Positions 1 to 11,475 of a DNA stretch of 64,000 nucleotides are shown in pieces (positions within the stretch are counted from its first letter, which is position 1; every line of letters begins with the position of its first letter). This stretch comes from Carpediemonas membranifera BICM (Eukaryota; Protista; Fornicata): contig JAHDYR010000038.1 of NCBI GenBank assembly GCA_019828565.1, forward strand, positions 78,735 through 142,734, given 5' to 3'. The translations under genes were made by a program, and so were the position numbers. The notes under the pieces are model-generated. The model did not search any database and was not told the DNA's origin. It worked only from the letters and a program-made list of their open reading frames with translations.

Positions 1-1603
1 TGAGGCGCCATTTCAGTATCCTCCCGTAGGCTCTGTATAGGAGGGGGTGAGGGAGATCGGTCTGTACGAGCTGGGCGTGAGCTTGTCCTTCCCAACCTTG
101 TGGATAGGCGACACCGCTGCATACTTCCATGTGGTTGGCATGGTCCCGCTTGTCGTATACTTTCGCGAGCAGGACTGTGATTGCCTCGTACGCTGACTCG
201 GGGAGGTCCCTCAGACAATCTCCAATAATCCCGTCCGGGCCTCCGGCCGAGGACTTCCCTTATGGACTTGACCGCCGCTGTCACTTCTTCAAGCGATGGC
301 GGATGGTCCTCCATGTCCGTTTCCGGCTCGGTTTCCCAGGTGGGTTCCCAGGTGGGTTCCTTCCCGGAGCTTACCTTCGCGTACTGCTCCTGGAGGGAGT
401 CTGCAATCTCCCCTCTGCCTTGCTAGAATCTTGTTTCCAGCCTTCAGCATCACCGGGAGACCGGCGTGCTGCTTCTCGTTCCAGAAGCGGAACACTTGGT
501 TTTGCGAGGATCCTTTTTGTCGTTTTTGTACCCATCACGGGATCCAACCTCAACCTGCTCATTCCAGTCATGTTGGAAGGTCCTCCATGATCTGCTCAGT
601 GCTCCGTTGAGGGACTTTTTTGATATCTTTGGCGGCGGTTTTTGCTCCAGGTGGAGGCTTTTGGCCAGCCGTTCCCATACCTCACTAGGGATACGTTCCT
701 GGTTTTCTACAGCGAATGGGTGCCTTCTGGAGGTAGCAAACCCGGTGGACAACCATTTCCTTATGAGAGTCTCCATCTCGTCCACTGGTATTTTTGCTGT
801 CTAGTGGTGGCCACTCTTCTAGCTTGGGCCCTGTTCTCCTGGGTTTGACCAGCCACGTATCGATCCGTGGGATTTCCAGTCTCTTTGATATCTCTGGTTT
901 CCCTGTCGGGTTGCTATCCCAGGTGAGCTCTATGGCTTTGTGTGCCGACCCCCAGTGCCCGATTGTGGTCTTGTCTATTACCCTAACAACCGGGTTTTGG
1001 ATACCCCCTGTTACCGCTGCATAGTCTATTGTGGACGTTCGGGAGTTAGTCCCGTACGTCGGTGCAGTTGGTGCTATTGGGGTGAGGTTCCATCGCTGGA
1101 GGGTCATCGCAGTTGCTTGCCTGAGTTTCCCTGGCCTCCTGTTCCAGTCCCCGATGATGATGATGTCACACCCCTCATAGTTCGCGACGGTTTTGCTCTA
1201 GCATCCGGTCGAACTCCTCAATCTCGGGTCGTGCACATCCACTATCGGGAGCGTAGATATTGATGACTGCCGTGGCCCTCGATGCTTTGAGGATGCTTAC
1301 TTGGATTCGTGGGTTCGTCCCGTCGGACACGCCTACGTCCCATTCCGCTTTGGAGTGCGGGCTAATCAGTGTGGCCAGTCCCTTTGTGGGTCGCTTGCGC
1401 GTTGCCTCTAATGGCTTGACCTCTCCTGCACAGGCGTACTGGAGATCTACCCAGCAAGGGATGGTGGTATTACCGTACCGCTTGGTTTCCTGGAGGAGGA
1501 TCGCATCAGTCCTTATCCTCTTGCGGATGGATAAAGCTATGGATCCGCTGTAATCGTTTGCGCCCGCTAGGTGCCCTTCGCTGTTTAGCGATATTATTCT
1601 CAT
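1..1603 (-). CDS. LINE ORF2 N-terminus: apurinic-like endonuclease plus linker (frameshifted; RT expected beyond the window)
   Basis: MRIISLN, ILLQET and VINIYAP (1175-1603). After a +1 shift in an A-run near 1190: CDIIIIGDWN, TIDY and GSAH (685-1107). Further fragments at 450-785 and 289-495. Confidence 0.85.
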
Positions 1604-1869
1604 TCAGGTTGTTCTGACATAAACTGCGGGAGTTACCCTGCGCGCACTAATCTGCTCTTTGTAGACATTCCCTTTTTGGGCGTACCTTTTGGTGGGTTGC
1701 TGAGGCCTCTAACCGAGCAGTCGTTTCCTTTTGGGCAGGCTTGTGCCTGTATTCCCTTAGTTCCCGGCCTAGGGCATACCATTCCCTTTCACAGTCGGGG
1801 CCTCACGATGCTTGTCGGCATTGCTGCCGGTCTCCGCTTAGCTTCCTTCCTCGCCGCATGGCAGAACCA

Positions 1870-2030
1870 TTACCTAACAAGCTTAGGTGGGAGCGACAGT
1901 GGTTGTTGCCCCTCCCAAGGCTGGAGTTACAGCCTGCCGGACAGGCAGGGCTCTTTTTACCTTTTGGTAACCCTGCCCCCGGCCCCTGTGGGGCACAGGG
2001 GTTTGTTGAAAAAAGAATGTGTTGCATTTT
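1870..2030 (-). ncRNA. Conserved structured inter-ORF RNA element of LINE family A
   Basis: Pyrimidine tract, then hairpins cccctgtg/cacagggg, ccgg..ggcaggg/ccctgcc..ccgg, aggctg/cagcct and tgggag/ctccca, then cctaag. Same order as in family B. Confidence 0.6.
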
Positions 2031-2176
2031 TGCTCCCGCCGGAATGGTTCGCCGGTGTCCATTTGGACTTTAAGGCCCTACTAGTCACAGCCTGGCCATA
2101 CATGCTGGTTCATATATGTACTTTTAGCTCAGACTTATATCACACTACCCTCTGCACCTCTTACTTATGATTGTTT

Positions 2177-5100
2177 CTACTCTCCTTCCTTCTCCTCGTC
2201 TCTCTTCCTTCTCAGGTCAGACCTGAAGTTATCCATCTTGGCTGCTAGGGTGAAGCTGAGGGCTTCGTTGGTTGCCGAGAGTCGGGCCGCGCGGCTGAGT
2301 AAGTCCTCGTTCTCTTCGGTTAGAGACGAGCACTTCTCCGTTGTCTTCCTGAGGTCCTTCCGCATCTCGTCCAACGCAGCTTGGGCTGCTCTCCGGGCTT
2401 CCCGTTCTTCCTCCAGCTCCTGGCTTTTGGCCTTGAGCTCGTTGATGGTTCTGGCTGCAGCTTCTTCCAGCTGTTGTCTGACCTCTGCTTCTCGCCGGGC
2501 CATGGCTTGGTCCAGCAGGGCCGCTATGCCTCTGCCCAGGTCGGTGTCCTCCTGTCGTGCTCTTTTGGGCTGCAGGTCCTCTTGGTCCACCTGTCTGACC
2601 TGGCGGGTCTTGGCTGATGGGTTGGGGGTATGGGGGGGGGCACAGCTCTTAGTTGGAGGGGGCCCGGGCTCTGTTCGCTCTGTCCTGCTACTTTGCGGTT
2701 GTTCAGTGACAATTTGCCCGCATGGAGGGCCATATAGGCCCCCCTATGCCGCCATTCGGCAGGTAGACCTCCGTCCTCCTGTGGAGCATCTTGGCGAGTT
2801 CAGTAGCCCCTTCGTCTCACCTTTGTTCGAAGCGCCTGCTTCCTCTCGGTCCTCAGTCTGTTCTTGGCGTTAGTGCTGGCGCCTTCCGGGAAAACACAGT
2901 TCAGCGTGTCCCATGGCTTCCCCCTTTTGGGTGTTCCACGCCTGAGCCCGCCAGGGCGAGTTTGCCTATCCAGGAGGCGCTCCTCAAGGTGCCCACTCGC
3001 CTCTTCCCTCTTTCTGCTGGTTCATCCGTGATACCCCCAGTCCCGGGGGAGGAACGAGGGGAGGAAGTTGATGGAGCCTGTCTCCGGGTCGACACACATG
3101 TTGGCCAGGAGTTCTCGATCGTCGGCTGGGACCTCCGTGAAGTAGTTGAAGATCTTCTTCCTGGCTTCTCTGCCCATGTGGCCTCCAGCTATGTCGAATT
3201 TGTGGACGGGCATCAAAGACGCCGCTTGGGATAGGGTCATCGTTTTGGTGTCGCTGACGTCTAGAGTAAGCATCTTTTCCGCGTCTATTTCCGTGGGCTC
3301 CGCCCTCAGGTTCGCCCAAGGGAAACCGTCTTGGACAGCGCGGCGGCGCCCGTTCCACTCCGAGTGGATTTCCAGGAGGATGGGTCGCGCTGGTTCGCCT
3401 ACTCTCGCGAGCGATTCTGGGTTTCCGATGATCACGGCTGTTCCTTCCAGGGCTCTGGTGATACCCTTTCCGGAGCTGAAATCGTTTTTCCTCCCAGTTG
3501 GTCATGATAATCTGGCCCCGTTTGGGGGTTCTTGGTGCCAAAGAGGTTGACTTGTTGGGACAATGGGGTTAGGCGACCGGCCGCCACGGTGCCGGGGCCG
3601 TGTCTGGCGTTGACTTTGGTCGCCAGGTCCTTGTATTCATCATGGTACGGCGACTCCCCTGCCCATGAGCATGCTTCCCTAGGGCTGTGAGGTGGGCTTC
3701 TACCTGCCCCCCAGTCCCAGCCTGGGTTGTCTCTCATCCAGAACGCTGTTGCTAGTCTGGCGTAGAATATGGAGACATCTGCTAGGGCGCAGTGGCAGTG
3801 GTGGGGTGCGTGCTTGTGATAGGGGCACGCCACTTTTGCCTCCGGGCGCTGTTGGTACCTTCTGGTCCAGGTCCGGCCCAGTTCGGACTGGGGTCGGGAG
3901 GGGAGGCCGGTGAGGCTCTTCTCCCCACTATTGGGGGTAGAACCAGGTCAGCGTGTCGAGGATGTTGGGGAAGATCGTGTTGAGGTCAGTTTCATCCATG
4001 AGGCGTAAGCTTAGCCAGGTGCGGAGGTTCCCGTCTGGGACGAACTTCTCACTGGTCAGGATGCTTCTCTCAGCCTCGACTCCCTTAGCCACGATGTGGA
4101 CGTGGGTCTTCTGTGGCCCCGAGTCGTCTTCCAGTCTCTTCAGCTCTGTAGCCATCTCGGTGCACCATCGCTTGGCGTGGGGGAAGTCTGCTTCGTATCC
4201 CTTGGGGGCTTTGCCCGTGGTGACGTCGACAAACGTAGCTGGTGGGCAGCCATGGATGTAGTGCGTGGCCCACAGACATTGGTCCAGGGCATCCACTGTG
4301 ATGTCTTCCCCAAGCATCCCGTGCATGTAGTAGAGGATTTGCTCGTTGGCTGGGTCGAAAATCAGTGCCGCCCCTTCGCAAATGATGGCCTCGTCTCCTT
4401 GGTTGGATCTGGCTCTTCCTTCCTCAAAGTCCACCATAGCGATCAACTGCCTGGTGGTGTTGGCTCGTTGGGTGATATTGGAACGAGGCGGGCTAGCTCC
4501 CATGCTGGGCCCGCATGTGCCCTTGTTTGGCGTGGTGGGTGTGTCATCAGGGCCGGAAGTCCTGCTGCCGCTCGGGCCCAGGGGGGTTTCTTCTTCGTTA
4601 GTACCCAGGGCTCCATGAGATGCCCCGTCCCGTACGGGCTCTATAACTTGGGTCTGCCCCGTTGTGAGCCAGTAGTTAGTGATGTTGCGCGTCAGAAAGG
4701 AGGCAGACACCAGTTCGCGGGCAATCCTCGCGGGTGGGGGCCAGAGACGCCTGGTCTTATCCCATGCCGACCAGAGTTCGGGGAAGCCGGGGACTGACCA
4801 CCGTTGGATGAGGTCTCTGACCTCCTCCCTCAGGTCTGCCTCTGCTGCCGAAGGCTCTTCTTCCAGGGGTGGGGGTGGGAAGACTGGCCTCATCACACCC
4901 TCTGTTCTGCTGTAGATGAGGATCTCCTCGACGGGGCCCTGGGTCCAGATCTGGATGGGCGTGCCGTCTGGTCTGCGGAAACCTCCCTCCGGGGGGTGAG
5001 GGGCGTGGTAGCCTTGCCCTTTGGCTAGTTCCCGGCCTAGGTCGGCCCAGAGCTTCTTGTTTTCGCGTCCTAGTGAGGGGAGCCCTCTGGCTGCAGCTCC

Positions 5101-6265
5101 CGCGGAGATGGCGTGTCCGGCGGCATGGAGGAGCCACATTGCAGCCTCCATCCCGTACTTGGTCTGGATGCCGTTGCCTGAGATCGAAGAATGTCCTGCA
5201 GCTTGCAGCGATGTTGCCACGAGCTCTAGGAGGAGCGTCCTTGCGACCTTTCCCGTTCGGGCAGTGAAGTCCGTTGCGTCATCTCTGGTGAAGACCATGG
5301 CAACGTCCCTTGTGGGAATAGCCGCATCTGCTGAGGCTCTGATGCAGTCCCATTCGTCCGGTGTGGCCAGTTGCTTGCCCAGTGGCGTTAACGACTCCTT
5401 GATCCCATTTGGGGTGGTGTTTGCGCAATCCAAGGCGTCTGGGACGCTTTGGGAGCTGTTCGAGGTCATTGTGTGGCGTGGTCTCGAAAAGTCCCGGTTA
5501 TGGATTCGGCCGAGATCAAGGCCCTCCTCCACGGGGAGAAGTGATGGGGTGTGTTGCTCACTAGCTGGTGCCGTCTGGCTCGTCCGGTGGGGATGTGCTA
5601 CGTACTTGGAGTAGTCCGCCTGGACTCTGGGGTAGAACACAAATTTGGGGGACCCTGGGCGAAGCCGGCTTAGTGTCTCCGCCTGCTCTAGGTCCAGCCG
5701 GTTCCCTTCAATGAATAGCCAGTATGGCTGTTGGGCGGCTTTTGTGTACCGTCTCAGGAGGGGAAGTGATGCAAACAGCTTCTTGGCCCGGCATTTCCGG
5801 AGCTCCCCTGGGCCTTCCTTTGCTGTAAAGCTTCCCTGTTCTGGGTCTACAATCTTGTCGTATCCTATCGCGTTGCCGAGCTGGATAATGGACGTATTTG
5901 CTTTTTCCCTTCTGGTTTTCCTGAGATCCCTTCTGGGTGCAGCCTTAAGGGCGAATAAGCCATAAATCATGCTTTCTTCCCTATCTGGCATGTCCCTGTT
6001 GGGATATTCCCCTGTTTCCATTTGGAGTGGCAAAAGGCGGGAAGTGCACTTTTGCCAGCTTCTTGGAGGGGCTTGAGGAGGTCTGGTGGAGGTTCCAAGG
6101 GGCGCCAGCCAGCGATGTCCTGGTCTTGTATGGCTCCTTTCCCTTCCTCAGGGCGGATGGTTCAGGGGCGAGGTATGCGAGGTTTGTTGCGGACCTTGTT
6201 TCCACACAAAACATGTCTGGCGAAAACCCAAAAGGGAACCTTATTGCAGGGACAGGGAGCATCAC
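2177..6265 (-). CDS. LINE A ORF1, reconstructed across frameshifts: novel N-domain, Maelstrom-like DEDDh nuclease, PRDWG domain, C-terminal coiled coil
   Basis: Fragments 3928-6033 (VDFEE, ICEGAALIFD, HYIHGCP, VAKGVEAE), 3432-3833 (CPYH..HCALAD), 3022-3435 (SFLPRDWG) and 2177-2590 (coiled coil). The 5' end is uncertain. Confidence 0.7.
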
Positions 6266-6831
6266 CCCACACGGGGCTGCTGTCCCTTGTGGTGGCCCTG
6301 TTGCCTATGCCGGCGGCGGGCGGCGATCCCGGCTCTCGTGGCGATGACGTCCACAAGCCCGGTCTTGGGCGGCATGAGAGCACGGGCGCCGGAGTAGTGT
6401 GGCCCAGTGGCCTCCCAGTGAGAGCCTATTGGCCGCCGGTCCCGGTGCTCTCGGGTTACTTTGCCATATGGCCCCAGTTAAGTTGTCTGAGGCAATCGTG
6501 TCGCAGTGCCTCTGTGGCCTACTGCGGGTACCGGTTACGGTAGGGGTTTCAATCATAAAGGTGGCGCAGTACGCTTGTTCGCGTTGATTTCCCTTGGGTT
6601 TGTGCGAGGAGCGTTTAGTTGCGTCTGGTCCCCTTGTGGGTCCCAGGAGCATGGGCGGTAGGTTTTGTTTGTTGTTAGAGTACTGTGTATTCTGTCAACG
6701 CTTTCCTACCGAGGCTAACTTATTCCCTTTTGGGTGGTTTTTGCCTCTGTGCATTTTTGGGCACACGAGGACGATCATCTGTTGCTCGACATAGCTTGGC
6801 GCACGGCGAGGTATACAGGGCAGGGGAGTGG

Positions 6832-6863
6832 GCTCCAGGTGAGGTGCGCACCTCACCTGGAGC
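6832..6863. repeat. Perfect 32-bp palindrome
   Basis: gctccaggtgaggtgc|gcacctcacctggagc. Confidence 0.95.
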
Positions 6864-7194
6864 AGCCAGTTGTCCTCTGCCGGCCCGCTCTGGCGCTAAC
6901 CTGCTTCGCAACGGACGATCTCCTCCGGGGAGCAATTTGCTTCCCCAATGTGCCCTATGGCTAGTGGGTTAGGAGAATACTTCCCATTTCTGCTCTCGTG
7001 CCCCAGAGCAGACGAACTCTTGGTCCTGAAATTACCATTTGGTGGATGCTGGCGCCGCGGGGCACCGTCGCTCGCTTCGAGCTCGAATAGCTTTCAATGA
7101 GATCCGATAAATCCCGATTGCCAGCTTTTGGCCTTTTTCCGGTTGGTTTCGTCAACTTCCCATACCGGACATTTCAACTGCCATTCTTCGGGCA

Positions 7195-7330
7195 GGGTAC
7201 TTAGGAGGGGGACGATATGACGTGACCCCCCCTTTGGCTGCCGCTACAGCCTACCGGCAGTGCATTTCAGCTAATGCCGGGCCCTGGGTGGGAGCCAGGG
7301 CTTGTGAATTATAAAGAAAATGTTGCTTGT
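7195..7330 (-). ncRNA. Conserved structured inter-ORF RNA element of LINE family B (second copy at ~26290-26425)
   Basis: Pyrimidine tract, hairpins gccctgg/ccagggc, ccggca/tgccgg, ggctg/cagcc and ggggg/ccccc, then cctaag. Confidence 0.6.
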
Positions 7331-7360
7331 TCCTTGAAAGAATACTGCTTTACCATGTCC

Positions 7361-10300
7361 TTACTCCTCCTCCGTGGACTCCCCACTGCCGCTGCAGCTG
7401 TCCTCGGCCTGACTCACTTGCTGTCCTTGTAGACTCTGCATTACCGTGATGAACTGGGTCATCAGGTCCATGGGTGAGATCTGCTTGGCCTTCTTAGCCT
7501 TCTTGTGCTTGTGCCGGGGGATCGTGGGCTTCTCCTTGCTGGGCTTAGTCGCGGCGCCGGAGAGCACCAACCTTCCGTGGCCTTGCTCTTGCATGAGTCG
7601 GGCAGCCTTGAGCGCTGAGATCTCTTGTTGCGCCTCTGCCAACTGCTTTCGGAGCCGCAGCTTCTCCGAGTCCATGCCGGTTGCCTGTCTGCTTCCAGAC
7701 TCCCAGTCCGTGTCCTCTTCGTGCCTGCTTCTCTTTCCGCTGTCCGAGTCCATGATCCTACTCGTGCTGCCCTCCTTGCGCTTGAGCGTCGTGGAGGAAG
7801 AGTGATCCTTGCTGTTGTCCATGCCTCCCTCTGAGCCTCTACCGGCCCAGGTGTTCCCGCTGAACGAGCCTCTCATCTGCGTTCCCGTGTTGTCCTGTCT
7901 CTCCCTGTCGTCTCCTCCGTGGTTACGATCCGAGGTCCTGTTCATGTTACCAGCTCTGTCGCCGGTTCTGTCGTCAGCTCTGACACCAGCTCTACCGCCG
8001 GCTCCGTGTCCTACCCTTCTGTCCTCTTCCCTGTCTCCATGCTGGTCGTGATGTCCTTGATCCGCGTCCTGGCCGAAGTGCCTGCCCACCATCCTGGTGC
8101 TAATCCGCCTCGCCTTTTCCTCCAGGCCGTTGTCGAAGAACCTACTTTGGTATGGCTGTTCGGACTTTCCGTCGATGGTGGGGACATACTTGATGCCTGG
8201 GACATTGACTGTGTTGGCTCTGGGCTCGTCCGGGATAGCTGCCGAGACTAGTCTGGCCCCTTCCTTGCGCATACGGCTTAGGATGGTCCCAGCCTCGCTG
8301 ACCCTGACCATGCCCCAGTCTCTCGGGATGAAGCTCGCCCCTAGGGTGATCCTACCCCTGTTCCTGGGGGCCTTGACGTTGACTATGACCTTCTCATAGT
8401 CCCTGAGGCTCTCTGCTAGGTCGTCGCAGCCCCAGACTCCTTGATGAGCCGTAGCCTCCTTCGAGGGCCACCACTCGTATAGCATGGCCATGGTTATGAT
8501 GTCCTCCTCCCTTGCTGCCCCTAGGCCCTTCCTGACGCGTACCATGCGGAGCTGGTTAGCCGTGGCTCTTTCCATGATGGTCCATAGCGGGCTTCTCTCC
8601 AGTACACCTTCGTTGTCCATGATTGTGAGGGGGGCCAGTAAGATGCCCTTCATGCCCAACAGAACCTCCCCCGAACCCGAAGCCGATGCCGAAGCGGTGT
8701 CCGTTGTCCGGGACTACGAGGATCCTGTCGCCGACTTCCCTGCTGACGTCCCTTGCGTCCCCGATCGGGTACGTGCCGAAGATCTCAAAGGTGTCCCTCC
8801 TTGTCGCGAATTCCGGGCCTCCCATGATATCCATGCCCGGCTCCGCCTTCCCGACTGCTTCCATGGTCTTGTCGAGTGCCTTACCCATGTAGTGGTAGAC
8901 GTCTGGGGTGCTCATCCTCTCCTTGCATAGGGCCCTGATCCTGGCTGTGAAGACTACTGTATCCGCCAACCCACAGTGGTAGCAACCCGCGGTGTGTCTG
9001 TGGTACGGACAGACTCCCTTGGGCTCGCTCCTGTTCTGCCATCCATTTGACCATGTTGTTACTGCTTCCAGGTAGTTGGCCTTGTCGAGGTTGTCCCTGA
9101 GGTTTTGGCCAGCCTCCTCCTTGCCGTTGTTCTCCAGGATCTCTGGTAGCTTCTTCTCGTCCACCAGCCTAGCTTGGAAGAATTCCCTGGTTCCTTGCTC
9201 CAGTCCATTTGTGGGGTTCGTGAGGAGGAAGCTTTCCATCTCCACCCCCTTTGCATACATGATTATCTTCCAACCCTCCGACCTTTCGATCCTTGCCAGC
9301 TGAGCCGCCAGGCGGTTGGCCCAGTCCCTGAAAGTATGTATGTGCTTCTCATACTCGATCGGCGGCCGCCCCGTCCCGACCTCCACGAAGGTGGCCGGCG
9401 GCAGCCCCGTCACTGCCCATGCCGTGTACCTCGCTTGGTCCATGCTTGCTGCCGGTATGTCCTGGTAGTACAGGCCATGCCCATGTCCAAGAATGTCCCC
9501 AGTGCTGAGGTCAAAGAGTACGATCCCGCCCTCAACCGGGATGGCAGGGATCCCTGCCTTCTTGACGCCAGGGTCTGCGCACTCGAAGTCGATGGCTCCG
9601 ATCACCAGCCGTTTCTCCTTGTCCTTTCCAGGCATCCTCGGCGGCTGACTGCTGTCCTTGTTTGAGTCGACCTCCTCGTCCTGGTCGATCTTGCCTTGGT
9701 TGGCCCCGACCATGTCCTTGTTCACTTCCAGGAGGCTGTCGTCGAGGCTTCTCCTGCCGGGCATGGTGGCCTGCTGGCGTCGTTCCTCCTTGTCCTTGAC
9801 ATGTTGCTCCTCGTCTCCGTCGATGACCGTGCTAGCGGACGACCTGTCCAGATCGGCATGTTCGTCCCTATTGCTGCGGACCGAGGTGGCCTTGAGCACT
9901 TCCAGCCTCACCTTCCGGAATGGCGGCTCGTTGCTAAGGGGGTCTCCTCCCCTTCGCCCAGGATATTGGTTCTGCCCTTCAGGTAGATCCCTGACTTGTT
10001 CCATGCTGCCTGCCATATGGCCGGGGCCTCCGGTGCCTGAAGCCTGAGGATGTCCCTAGCCTCCTCCATGAAGCGGCTGATGGACCATGCTGACGTGTCG
10101 CTTAGCTCTAGGATGACCCTGTACTTGCCGTCCTCTTGCTCGTAGGCCACTCTGGTGACCGGGCCTTGGTTTGCCGGATCCCATACCTTGTCGTAAGGCA
10201 CGCCTTCTACGGCCTCGTCTCCATGAGCCCCTGATACCAGTATGAACGACCCTTCGGCCTTCTTGACGCTGTCCCTGTCTACATCCCATTCGATGGGCCC

Positions 10301-10864
10301 ATCTTCCTTCGGCTTGAGGATCGCCGTCTCGATGTCCTTCTCCGATGGCCATCTTGCCATGCCAGTGAAGCCCGCTTTCAGCGTCTTGGGCTCCAGTGCC
10401 TGTGCCATGTCCTTTGCTTCCTCGTCTCTGGGGTTGAGCGCCTCTGTGAGCATGTAGAAAAGGTCGCGGAGGCCGTGGATGCCGCATGGGTTCCTGAGGA
10501 TGATGTCCTTGTTGTCAGTGACGCCGGTTGCGAAGAGGATGCGTCTGGCGTTCATGATTACTTCCTTGCGTCCTTTGGAGTTCGCATTGAGCGACTTTCC
10601 TGTAAACTTGCCTGTTCTACGAAGAAGTAGGGTCCTTGAATCGTTCCTTTCAGCGAGGAAGCTGTCCAGTAGTTCCCTGATGTCCTCCCACTGCTTCTGC
10701 GTGGAATCCCTGATCCTTGTCGGTATTTCTACCTGCATTGTTGAGTGCAAAATTTCTCCCCTTTTCCTAGTCCATAAACTGGGTCGGAATTTTTGGGTCC
10801 GAAAGTCGGGCCACATGTACATATCCGGGTGAGGTCTCCGTCCAGGCCTTCCAGTTTCTCCCAT
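7361..10864 (-). CDS. LINE B ORF1 (~1160 aa across two frameshifts) with Maelstrom-like DEDDh nuclease domain
   Basis: ORFs 9908-10864, 8556-10016 (AIDFEC, IPVEGGIVLFDL, VTGLP, YAKGVEME, CPYHRHTAGCYHCGLAD) and 7361-8659 (SFIPRDWG, coiled coil). The shifts fall near G-runs at ~9945 and ~8670. Confidence 0.8.
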
Positions 10865-10896
10865 TGTCCATGCTCCGTACTATATAGGCCATTCTT

Positions 10897-11340
10897 TCAA
10901 AAAGGCGCGGTCCTAAAAATGCGTCGCCCTTTTCTGAGTAGCGGGGCCTTTCTGTGTAGTTGTTGTTGCTTTGTTCGTAGTCTCCTTTTAGCCTCTATCG
11001 ACGGCCCCTGTTTCCCTTTTGTGCTGCCCTTCCTTCCTTGTGGTCTTGACAAAACCATGTAGCCGCCGGTGCTAGCACTGGCCCTCGACGGTTGTTTTCC
11101 TTTTCCTTGTAAACATACGTTCCATGAAGACACTTTGATTCCTTGGTATGGGCGTGGAGCTCCCACTCGCGCCCAGCGGTATGCCCTGATGGCAACCCTT
11201 GAATGTCCAGACAGGAGGCCAAGGCCGCTCCTTCTGAGCTCCATGGGGCACTGCCCTATCCACATAGGCCAGGCCTGTTGGTCCTTGTCCATCCATGATC
11301 GAAGTGTTTCCACTTTGCTGAAATCATTGGTGGACTGCAA
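10897..11340 (-). CDS. Uncharacterised ORF, possibly an upstream continuation of LINE B ORF1
   Basis: 147-aa ORF on the same strand, ending in a T-run just upstream of 10864. No recognised motif. Confidence 0.3.
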   Translation of the reverse strand: MQSTNDFSKVETLRSWMDKDQQAWPMWIGQCPMELRRSGLGLLSGHSRVAIRAYRWARVGAPRPYQGIKVSSWNVCLQGKGKQPSRASASTGGYMVLSRPQGRKGSTKGKQGPSIEAKRRLRTKQQQLHRKAPLLRKGRRIFRTAPF

Positions 11341-11349
11341 GGTTCCTTA

Positions 11350-11475
11350 GGGAGCGGGATGAGTCACAATCGCCAGCCTCCCAGTTACGTTTCTTCCTCC
11401 AGTCGGAGGCAGAACACTGTGGCCCAGAGAACGTCTCGAGAAAGGGGTTCTACATAGCGGAGCTCGCTCCGATGG
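11350..11475 (+). mobile_element. Fragment of a second, divergent tyrosine-recombinase retroelement family
   Basis: Translates QLRFFLQSEAEHCGPENVSRKGFYIAEL, homologous to QLVAFLKDEGSFCGPSNVARKGYWIVQL of the YR ORF at ~19590-19680. Confidence 0.7.

Larger units (their letters stand above)
1..7180 (-). mobile_element. Non-LTR (LINE, APE-type) retrotransposon family A: large MAEL-domain ORF1, structured spacer, APE-type ORF2 running off the window edge
   Basis: APE endonuclease motifs start at 1603 on the minus strand. The upstream multi-fragment ORF is homologous to family B ORF1. The 5' boundary is set where the identity of 7181-7875 to 26276-26970 stops. Confidence 0.8.
7181..11349 (-). mobile_element. 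LINE family B, truncated copy (ORF1 plus part of the spacer; ORF2 absent here)
   Basis: ORF1 is homologous to family A ORF1. Bases 7181-7875 are near-identical to 26276-26970, which continues into an APE start. Confidence 0.8.

Noticed and set aside
333-360. Short tandem ttcccaggtggg duplication
   Set aside because: Only two units inside a frameshifted LINE ORF; no evidence of function.
7181-7875. 695-bp repeat (with 26276-26970) as an LTR or as the 3' end of a 5'-truncated LINE
   Set aside because: The second copy continues into an APE start codon, so the repeat is an internal ORF1/spacer segment and not a terminus.
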